Shown here one piece after another: positions 35,801-43,163 of a stretch of 64,000 nt of DNA. The stretch is from NCBI GenBank assembly GCA_019135865.1, contig JAGVVD010000037.1, positions 12,771 through 76,770 of the forward strand, written 5' to 3'. Position 1 is the first letter of the stretch; every line of letters starts with the position of its first letter. The notes below the pieces were generated by a model that worked only from the letters and a program-made list of their open reading frames with translations, ran no database searches and was not told the origin of the DNA. The translations under genes and the position numbers were made by a program. The DNA comes from Elusimicrobiota bacterium (lineage in GTDB: Bacteria; Elusimicrobiota; Elusimicrobia; Elusimicrobiales; UBA9959).

Positions 35801-35939
35801 AAACCGGCACGGCGGCGCAGGCCAGCGCCGCGGCGCCGCGCGACAACAGCCAGTCCAGGCGGGCCTTCAGCAGGGCCCGCCTCACGGCGCGCGCGGCTTC
35901 CTCCGCGCCGCCAGGAACGTTTTTCCCTTCTCTCATCAC
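32841..35939 (-). CDS. Large membrane-anchored Ala-rich protein (DUF4175-like architecture)
   Basis: 1032 aa. N-terminal TM helices (ALACAAVPVFFYLSAAALV, LSGLGLCLAWALF), a central beta-rich region, ~500 aa of Ala/Glu/Leu/Arg-rich predicted coiled coil, and a conserved-looking tail PPDELRRRVLESLRERYPEERKKEIEDYLRGV. The family assignment is from memory only. Confidence 0.6.
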   Translation of the reverse strand: MMREGKNVPGGAEEAARAVRRALLKARLDWLLSRGAAALACAAVPVFFYLSAAALVDRVFFLDGRLRLSGLGLCLAWALFRLYADLLRPLAALDRARLAAEIASASPPLRLHIGPAADLAALGARRPGPFGAEHLRQTAALLAAHGFRLPPADRPLRGRAAAAAAALLLSAAFVPASLRRVALPSADGPLELSLAVSPGDARVREGEIVTIRASWLDGSAGEPSLSVREGSGWRRREWSACAGGSCGREVRTGPSGLEYRMEFRGRRTRTYRLEHVPAPSFSSLTCEFFPPLYSGLPSSSPGYCPASASLKTGGRLRLEAVPSYEPAGIFLSGPGGVRSSFSRTPGGEWELELRPSAAGTYEAVFTEKDGRRSPLGVIISLELEADAAPVPALLGAAGGRGGASVALLYEVSDDLGVAEIRLVRGGAGPEKEYTVFLSSPPGPRSVMAEEFLSLHDAAPGSAVSFRVKARDFDPSAGWALSAPLELKAGAAPDGGAGAVYRARAALEELRLAEENFAGRLESDGGFGGLGELGPAWRELPGTLREAGAAGGGDPAAAAAGKALAGLAGPAGKEASVRVPARERAAAAGDAAGTASLGAQLRAFLEKASAEADAAAGALFAGELSGSLEDAEAAARELERDLLSAREGGSLKREKLDNLLERINAELSALLAALDGVPAAPPAEGRVYRLPLGSAVELASALAGDLAAGDLDAAIEKAGRLLEKLAVARRVAAERMEELAASSPQGRASAEAGALAAAAAELASDQAALLEDTRSRHDSLLSRRAAGAGPHLALAAELGAQWLSAAGPSAPGAAEVRSAVAFSSSALPSEALAKLKEAGRLLSVSTTAAAEPFMDSLERQAAALEKALGALSLLEPGDAAFLVSAASRQEELAVRADGLASGAEAAARDFPSLGGGPAEKFAAAAGHMRTAAAALKEREFEAALRAQEAALKELEKGGRDLSDYSASASALSRPGAAAGRSPADPSGGRARIPGGGDYVPPDELRRRVLESLRERYPEERKKEIEDYLRGVGR

Positions 35940-35998
35940 ACAGGAGGCAAGTATATAAAATACCGGCGGCGCATATTTTGGTAGAATTTCACCTCGAT

Positions 35999-36956
<958 letters not shown>

Positions 36957-36964
<8 letters not shown>

Positions 36965-37838
36965 GACGCCGACGCGTCTTTCCGCGGCGCGCAGGGCGGC
37001 GATAGTCTTCCGCGCCTACTCCTGGCCCGCCTCGCTGGTCCCCGTCTGCGTCGGCACCGCGGCCGCGGCGCGCGAAGCGCCCGTTTCCCCGGCGCTCTTC
37101 GTCCTGACGCTGGCGGCGGCCCTCCTCACCCATTCGGCCGCCAACCTGGCCAACACCTACTTCGACTGGCGCAACGGCGTGGACAGGCCGGGGACGGCCG
37201 ACGACCGCGGCATACTGGACGGCCTTGTCTCCGGCCGCGCCGCGCCTTACATCTCCCTCTCCATGTTCGCGGCGGCGGGGCTCATCGGCCTGTGGCTGGC
37301 CTGGAGCCGCTCCGTGCCGGAACTGCTCGCGTTCGGCGCGGCCGGTTTCGCGCTGGCCTGGTTCTACACCGCCGACGGGGCGGCCTACAAGTACAGGGCC
37401 CTCGGCGAACTCGGCATCTTCCTGGCCTTCGGGCCCCTCATCACCGGCGGCACGGCCCTGATACAGACCGGCCGCCTGACGGCCGCGCCTTTCCTGCTCT
37501 CCGTTCCCGTCGGCCTGCTGATAACGGCGATACTGCACGCCAACAACATGCGCGACGCGGCCGAGGACCGCGCCGCCGGCATCAGGACGCTGGCGATGAA
37601 AGCGGGGCCGGCCGCCTCGCTGGCCGTCTACCGGGCGCTCATCCTCTCCCCTTTCGCCCTGGCGCCGCTCTGCGGCCCGGGACGGGCCCCGCTCCTGCCC
37701 CTGCTCTCGCTGCCTCTCGCCGTAAAACTGCTGCGGCTGTCCAGGTCGGGCCGCTTCTCCGAACTGGTGCCGGCCACGGCCGCCCTGGTCGCGGTTTTCG
37801 GCCTCCTATTTGCCACGGGCCTGTATTTATCTATATAA
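36957..37838 (+). CDS. menA: UbiA-family prenyltransferase, 1,4-dihydroxy-2-naphthoate polyprenyltransferase-like
   Basis: Multi-TM protein with NLANTYFDWRNGVDRPGTADDR (MenA-type NxxxDxxxGxD) and a second motif NNMRDAAEDRAAGIRTLA. It overlaps the polyprenyl synthase gene by 8 nt. Confidence 0.8.
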
Positions 37839-37899
37839 TGGACTTCGCGGGGCGCGTTTTTCATATCCCGCGGCCGCGTATACTCAGTAAGGAGACTCG

Positions 37900-38448
37900 A
37901 TGACCATGAGGAGAATAACAGCGATCATAGTATCCTTCGCTTTCCTGGGCGCCCTATCGTCCTGCGCCGGCAAGAAGGTCAAGAGCGACACCGCCGACAG
38001 CCCCGAGTTCGTAAGCGACACCGCCACCATCCCGTCGATAGACGTCACCGACGCCACCGGCGACGAGGCCAGCACCGAGGGCGGGATCCGCGGCCCTGAG
38101 TTCTCCTCGCAGTCCGGCCTCAAGACCGTGAACTTCGAATTCGACCGCTACGCGCTCTCGGAAAAGACCCGCGAAACGCTCAAGGCGAACGCGGAGCTCA
38201 TCAAGTCCCGCAAGGAGTGGGTCGTGGTCGTGGAGGGGCACTGCGACAACCGGGGCACCGTGGAGTACAACCTGGCCCTCGGCCAGAAACGCGCCAAGGA
38301 AGTCCGCGACTATTACGTCATGCTCGGCGTCCCGGAAAGCTCGGTCGGCACCATCTCCTACGGAGAGGAGCAGCCGGCCTGCCCCGAGGAGACCGAGGTC
38401 TGCTGGACGGCGAACCGCCGCGCCGAGACCAAGGTGAGGAACCGCTGA
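37900..38448 (+). CDS. pal: Peptidoglycan-associated lipoprotein Pal (OmpA-family C-terminal domain)
   Basis: Lipobox FLGALSSCAG. OmpA-like domain VNFEFDRYALSEKTRETLKANAELIK...VVVEGHCDNRGTVEYNLALGQKRAKEVRDYYVMLGV...ISYGEEQP...NRRAE. TAAGGAG lies upstream. Confidence 0.92.
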   Translation: MTMRRITAIIVSFAFLGALSSCAGKKVKSDTADSPEFVSDTATIPSIDVTDATGDEASTEGGIRGPEFSSQSGLKTVNFEFDRYALSEKTRETLKANAELIKSRKEWVVVVEGHCDNRGTVEYNLALGQKRAKEVRDYYVMLGVPESSVGTISYGEEQPACPEETEVCWTANRRAETKVRNR

Positions 38449-38449
38449 G

Positions 38450-39232
38450 ATGACGCTGAGCCGGCTGCCCGTTCTCGCCGCGGCCCTGCTGCTGCAGGGC
38501 TGCATAGCCACGCAGCGCGACATGCTGCAGATGCAGAGCCAGATGGACGACCTGAACATGAACCTCTCCACGATGCAGAAGAACCAGGCCGACCTCGCGG
38601 TGAAGATAGACAGCCTTTCGCGCGACCTCAACGTCTTCTCGGAGAACATCAAGGGCGTTTCGTCGCAGATGGAGCGCCTCACCGCCCGGCTCGACCAGAT
38701 GGAGTCCGGCCTGGACAAGCGCGTCAACGCCATAGGCAAGACGATACAGAAGCAGCAGGAGCAGGTCGAGAGCGCGCTGCTGCCGTCCAAGCTCTACAAC
38801 GACTCCTACGCCGCCTTCTCGGCGAAGAATTACGACAACGCGGCGGCCGGCTTCAAGTCCTACATCTCCAAGTACCCCTCCGGCGAGATGGCCGAGGTCG
38901 CCTGCTTCTACCTGGGAGAATCCTACTACCAGAAGGGCGCCTGGCAGGACGCGGCGCTGGCCTATGCCACGCTGCTGGACAAATACCCTTCCTCCAGCAA
39001 GGCGCCGGCCGCCAGGCTCAAGTACGCGCAGTCGATACTCAAGTTCCCGCAGGACAAGAAGGCCGAAGCCGTGAGTTTCCTGGAATCCGTGGTCAAGGAC
39101 TTCCCGGGCTCGCCCGAGGCGAAGACCGCCGCGGAGCAGCTCTCGAAGCTCAAGCCGGCCCCGAAGCCGGCCCCTAAGCCGGCGGCCAAGCCGGCAGCCA
39201 AACCCGCCCCCAAAGCCCCGGCCGGCAAGTAA
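38450..39232 (+). CDS. cpoB: Tol-Pal system protein CpoB/YbgF (coiled coil plus TPR) with a Lys/Pro/Ala repeat tail
   Basis: N-terminal coiled coil (LQMQSQMDDLNMNLSTMQKNQADL...). TPR region YNDSYAAFSAKNYDNAAAGFKSYISKYPSGEMAEVACFYLGESYYQKGAWQDAALAY. Tail KPAPKPAPKPAAKPAAKPAPKAPAGK. Confidence 0.85.
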   Translation: MTLSRLPVLAAALLLQGCIATQRDMLQMQSQMDDLNMNLSTMQKNQADLAVKIDSLSRDLNVFSENIKGVSSQMERLTARLDQMESGLDKRVNAIGKTIQKQQEQVESALLPSKLYNDSYAAFSAKNYDNAAAGFKSYISKYPSGEMAEVACFYLGESYYQKGAWQDAALAYATLLDKYPSSSKAPAARLKYAQSILKFPQDKKAEAVSFLESVVKDFPGSPEAKTAAEQLSKLKPAPKPAPKPAAKPAAKPAPKAPAGK

Positions 39233-39270
39233 GCCGGGGCGCGGCGGGCGGCGCTTTTCAGCAGCGAACC

Positions 39271-40593
39271 ATGCCCCGTTATCTCATCCTCCCTCCCCAC
39301 CTCCTCCGCGCCGCGGCGGCCGGCCTGTTCCTGTCCGCCGCCCTGGCCGCGCCCTCGGCGGCGGAGACCGAGATCTACATAGGCGTGAGCGGGGCCCCGG
39401 AAACGCCCCGGGCGCCGCTGGCCCTCGCCCAGTTCCTCCCCGAGGACCCCTCCAGGCCCCAGGACATCGAGCTCGCCTCCGAGTTCCGCGAAGTGGTAAG
39501 GGCCGACCTCCTCTACTCGCGCTATTTCTCGGTGATGGAAGACCAGATGAGCCCTTTCAACCTCAAGGAGGACAAGAAAGCGTTCAAGTTCTGGAAGACG
39601 CTCGGGGACGCTCTCGTGACGGCGACGGCCGGCGACCACGACAAGGTCTGGACCTTCAGGGGGCGCCTGCGGGACCTGAAGGAGAACGAGCTCCTCCTGG
39701 AGAAGTTCTACCAGGGCGAGAAGCGGGGCCTTCGGCGGGCCGCCCATCTTTTCTCCGACGAGATAGTGTTCCGGCTCACCGGCCGCCGCGGCATAGCCCG
39801 CTCCAAGATCGCCTTCTCCAACGATTCCACCGGCCGCAAGGAGATCTACGTCGCCGATTACGACGGGGGAAATCTCACCCGCCTGACCGATCACGGCAGC
39901 ATCTCGCTGCTGCCGCGCTGGTCGCGCGACGGCCTGCGCATCTACTACACGACCTACAGGTACGGCAACCCCGACATGTTCGAGATAGACCTGAGGGCCG
40001 GCAAGATAAAGCCCTTCACCACTTTCCAGGGCCTCAACATCGCCGGCGGCGCCTCGCCGGACGGGAACTCGATGGTCATGACGCTCTCCCGCGGCGGGGA
40101 CCCCAGCGTCTACGCGCTGGACCTCAAGACCAAGGAACTGAGCAAACTGCTCAAGCGTTTCGGCGTCAGCTCGTCGGCCTCGTTCTCTCCCGACGGCAGG
40201 GAGGTGACCTTCATCTCCGACCGGGCCGGCAACCCGCAGGTCTACGTGCTCGAGCTGGCGACGGGCCGGACGAGGAAGCTCACGAACATGCTCTGGTGCG
40301 ACACGCCGTCCTGGTCGCCCGCCGGCGACTGGCTGGTCTTCTCCGGGCGCGAGGACCGCAGCGAGCGGATGAACATCTTCCTGGTGGACCCGACCGGCGC
40401 GCAGCTGAGGCGCCTGACGAAGAGCGCGGGCGACAACGAGGACCCGTCCTGGTCGCCCGACGGCCGCTTCATCGCTTTCTCCTCCACCCGCCGCGGACGG
40501 CGGGAGATCTTCGTGATGGACGCCGACGGCAGCGCGCCGCACCCGCTGGCCGAACTGCCCGGGAACTCCTTCACGCCCAGCTGGGGGCCCTGA
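39271..40593 (+). CDS. tolB: Tol-Pal system beta-propeller protein TolB
   Basis: Signal peptide, TolB N-terminal domain, then repeated PD40 motifs (PRWSRDGLRIYYT, ASPDGNSMVMT, FSPDGREVTFISDRAGNPQVYV, PSWSPAGDWLVF, PSWSPDGRFIAFSS). Confidence 0.92.
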   Translation: MPRYLILPPHLLRAAAAGLFLSAALAAPSAAETEIYIGVSGAPETPRAPLALAQFLPEDPSRPQDIELASEFREVVRADLLYSRYFSVMEDQMSPFNLKEDKKAFKFWKTLGDALVTATAGDHDKVWTFRGRLRDLKENELLLEKFYQGEKRGLRRAAHLFSDEIVFRLTGRRGIARSKIAFSNDSTGRKEIYVADYDGGNLTRLTDHGSISLLPRWSRDGLRIYYTTYRYGNPDMFEIDLRAGKIKPFTTFQGLNIAGGASPDGNSMVMTLSRGGDPSVYALDLKTKELSKLLKRFGVSSSASFSPDGREVTFISDRAGNPQVYVLELATGRTRKLTNMLWCDTPSWSPAGDWLVFSGREDRSERMNIFLVDPTGAQLRRLTKSAGDNEDPSWSPDGRFIAFSSTRRGRREIFVMDADGSAPHPLAELPGNSFTPSWGP

Positions 40594-40596
40594 ACC

Positions 40597-41097
40597 ATGT
40601 ACATAAACAACGAGAACACCCCGAAACTTTTCCCGGATTTCTTCCATCTCGGCGCGGAGCTCGACCCCGAGAACCGCTGGCTCAGGCTCTCCGCCCTGAT
40701 CCCCTGGGACAGGCTGGCCGGGACCTACGGCGCCTATTTCGCCGAAACGGGCAGGCCCGCCATGGACGCGCGCCTGGTCTGCGGCCTGTTCATCATAAAA
40801 CAGCTCAGGAACCTCAGCGACGAGGACGCCGTCGCCGAGCTGCGCGAGAGCCCGTACCTGCAGGCCTTCTGCGGCTACGATTCCTTCATGCGCGACGGCC
40901 TGCCCTCGCCCAGCCTGCTCTCGGAACGACGGCGGAGGCTGGGAGAGGACTTCTTCGCCCTGCTCGAGGGCGAGGTGGGACAGATACTGCGGAAGCAGAA
41001 ATACGTCAGGCCCCGCCGGGAGCAGGTCCCCGACGGCTGGCTCTGCAACCTCTACGTCTCCGTCCAGGCCTTCCTGCGCGGCCTGTTCGGCAGGTGA
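40597..41097 (+). pseudogene. IS5/IS1182-family transposase N-terminal fragment (DUF772-type domain only; no DDE domain)
   Basis: LDPENRWLRLSALIPWDRLAGTYGAYFAETGRPAMDARLVCGLFIIKQLRNLSDEDAVAELRESPYLQAFCGY is the InsH/DUF772 N-terminal domain pattern. The ORF ends at 166 aa and nothing downstream encodes a catalytic domain. It starts 3 nt after the tolB stop. Confidence 0.7.
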
Positions 41098-41110
41098 ACG
41101 TCCCCCCCGT

Positions 41111-41145
41111 AAAAGGAGAGAGCCGCCGCGGCGGCTCTTTTTCTT
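41111..41145. terminator. Bidirectional intrinsic terminator
   Basis: The perfect 20-nt palindrome agagccgccgcggcggctct (41119-41138) is flanked by aaaa (41111-41114) and tttttctt (41138-41145). It lies between convergent genes. Confidence 0.8.
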
Positions 41146-41160
41146 CGTCCCGGAACGGCG

Positions 41161-41724
41161 CTATTTCTCCGGCGTGAAACACTTGCGGCAGCGGGCCTCG
41201 TACTTGTCCGCCGCGCCCACCTCTATGCGGCGGCCGCTCTCGCTGAGCCGCTGGCTGAAATTGGCCGGCGCGCCGCAGACCATGCAGATCGCCAGGTTCT
41301 TGGTGACGAATTCGGACACGGCCATCAGCCGGGCCATGTTCAGGAAAGGTTCGCCCCTGTAATCCTTGTCCAGCCCCGCGGCTATGACGCGGCGGCCGGA
41401 ATCCGCCAGCTTCTGGCATACGCCGACGATGTCGGGATCGAAGAAGTGGACCTCGTCCACGCCCACGACCTGCGTGTCCTTGTCCACGGCCTTAAGTATG
41501 TCCCTGGAATTCTTCACCGCCTTGCAGGCTATCATCGCCTTGTCGTGCGAAACGATATGCTGCTTCGCGTAGCGGACGTCGAGGTGGGAGTTGAACACCT
41601 GCACCTTCTGCCGCGCTATCGTGGCCAGCTTGAGCCGGCGTATCAGTTCCTGGGTCTTGCCCGAGAACATGCTGCCGCAGACCACCTCTATCCAGCCGTG
41701 CGACGCCGCCATGTGCAGTATCAT
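41161..41724 (-). CDS. tdk: Thymidine kinase
   Basis: VVCGSMFSGKTQELIRR (P-loop), VVGVDEVHFF, and C-terminal Zn-ribbon cysteines (CMVCG...CRKCF). ATG 41724 overlaps the upstream stop (ATGA). Confidence 0.92.
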   Translation of the reverse strand: MILHMAASHGWIEVVCGSMFSGKTQELIRRLKLATIARQKVQVFNSHLDVRYAKQHIVSHDKAMIACKAVKNSRDILKAVDKDTQVVGVDEVHFFDPDIVGVCQKLADSGRRVIAAGLDKDYRGEPFLNMARLMAVSEFVTKNLAICMVCGAPANFSQRLSESGRRIEVGAADKYEARCRKCFTPEK

Positions 41725-42716
41725 TTCCCCCCCTTGCCGCAGGAACAGCGGCCGCAGGCGCACTCCGGTTCCCCGAACCTGCCCTTGAAATATTCCCAGG
41801 TCAGTTCCAGCCCCTTGGGGAAGCTCACGAGGGGCTTGTAGTTCAGGACCTTGCGCGCCAGCGAGATGTCGGAATAGGTCTTGCGCACGTCCCCCTTGCG
41901 CATCGGCGAGTGGACGCGCGGCAGTTTCCTGCCGAGGATGCGCTCCAGTTCGCGGATGATGTCCAGCAGGGAGATATTGGTCCCGGTGGCGACGTTTATC
42001 GTCAGGCCGGAGACCGAGGACGGGGCCAGCGCGGCCTTTATATTGCCGTCCACCACGTTGGCGATATAGGTGAAATCGCGCGACTGCCGCCCGTCCCAGT
42101 GCACCTCGAGCGGCTCGCCCTGCACGGCCAGCTCCATGAAACGCGGGATGACGGCGGAATAGAGCGACTCGGGGTTCTGGCGCGGGCCGAAGACGTTAAA
42201 GTAGCGCAGCGTGACGGCTTCGAGGCCGTAGGTGCGGGCGAAGACGCGGCAGTAATGCTCGCCGGCCAGCTTGCTGACGGCGTAGGGCGAGACCGGGGCG
42301 GCGGGGAGGTCCTCCTTCTGCGGGAAGACCTTGCAGTCGCCGTAAGCCGAACTGGTGCCGGCGTAGACGAAGCGCTTCACGCCGGCTTTTTTGGCGGCCA
42401 TCAGGGCGTTGAGCGTGCCGGTGGCGTTGTTCTCGTGGGCGTCGAAAGGATTGTCCACGGACTTGGGCACCGAGCGCAGGGCGGCCTGGTGCAGGACGTA
42501 GGTCGCGCCCTTCATGGCCTTGGCGAGGTCCGCCGGGCGCTTCAGGTCGCCGCGCACCAGTTCGAACCCGCCCTTGAACGGCGCCAGGTTCTCCATGCTG
42601 CCCGTCGAGAAATTGTCGAACACGCGCACGCGGTACCCGCGCCGCACCAGCTCCTCCGTGATATTGGAGCCTATGAACCCGGCCCCGCCGGTCACCAGCC
42701 AAAGAGGTTTGCTCAT
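41721..42716 (-). CDS. NAD-dependent nucleotide-sugar epimerase/dehydratase (SDR, UDP-sugar 4-epimerase-like)
   Basis: LVTGGAGFIGSNITEELVRRGYRVRVFDNFSTG and SPYAVSKLAGE (YxxxK). 331 aa, with an unusual Cys-rich C-terminal tail GEPECACGRCSCGKGGK. Confidence 0.88.
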   Translation of the reverse strand: MSKPLWLVTGGAGFIGSNITEELVRRGYRVRVFDNFSTGSMENLAPFKGGFELVRGDLKRPADLAKAMKGATYVLHQAALRSVPKSVDNPFDAHENNATGTLNALMAAKKAGVKRFVYAGTSSAYGDCKVFPQKEDLPAAPVSPYAVSKLAGEHYCRVFARTYGLEAVTLRYFNVFGPRQNPESLYSAVIPRFMELAVQGEPLEVHWDGRQSRDFTYIANVVDGNIKAALAPSSVSGLTINVATGTNISLLDIIRELERILGRKLPRVHSPMRKGDVRKTYSDISLARKVLNYKPLVSFPKGLELTWEYFKGRFGEPECACGRCSCGKGGK

Positions 42717-42806
42717 CGTTTATCTCCCTTTTCCCGCTGAAATTCTATCATTTTGCGGACAGACCTTCGCCGGCCCCGCGACATTTTCGCCCCCGCGCTA
42801 TCTAAC

Positions 42807-43161
42807 AACTATCGGGGTCCTGTCGCGGTTCGCTCCGAAAAACACGACTTAGTCTCCCTCGCCGGGCCTTCACTCCGCCACGGGTTCGGCTTTCGGGAAT
42901 ACACCCTGCGCTGCGCTCGGCCGGGCACGAACTCGGCCCGGGCGCATAGCGCCTCGGGCCTCAGACATTCATGCCCGTCCGGCAGTGCCGGTTCCCTCGC
43001 TCCGCTTGGGGAAAGCCTCCGATGTGGCGCAGCTGACGGTGCTTTGCTTCTCGCGGAGCGGAGGCGCATACGAGCGCGAGGGCCGAGGTCGGAGCGCGAG
43101 TACGGTGTACGAGCGCGTCTTTGCGGAGTGATGCCCCGTCAGCACCCGGGATAGTTATTCC
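42807..43161. repeat. Composite ~355-nt member of the intergenic repeat family with inverted family termini (MITE-like)
   Basis: The left end, aactatcggggtcctgtcgcggttcgctccgaaaaacacg, is A-type. The right end, ...ccgaggtcggagcgcgagtacggtgtacgagcgcgtctttgcggagtgatgccccgtcagcacccgggatagttattcc, is an inverted family terminus similar to 15301-15388. The ~200-nt centre is not shared with the other copies. It ends 2 nt from the lptD stop. Confidence 0.75.
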
Positions 43162-43163
43162 GC

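Noticed and set aside
32827-35984. Two further very long ORFs (33540-35984 plus strand, 814 aa; 32827-34896 minus strand, 689 aa) overlapping the 1032-aa gene
   Set aside because: Both translate to Arg/Gly/Pro-dominated low-complexity sequence without TM segments or motifs. The 32841-35939 frame has TM helices, a structured middle region and a conserved-looking tail. I treat the other two as high-GC artefacts.
39150-39232. Short tandem DNA repeat (aagccggc-type units)
   Set aside because: It is the in-frame coding sequence of the KPA/KPAA low-complexity tail of CpoB, not an independent repeat element or array.
38962-40647. 561-aa minus-strand ORF across cpoB/tolB
   Set aside because: It is antisense to clearly recognisable CpoB and TolB sequences, and its composition is junk-like (Arg/Gly/Pro/Ala).
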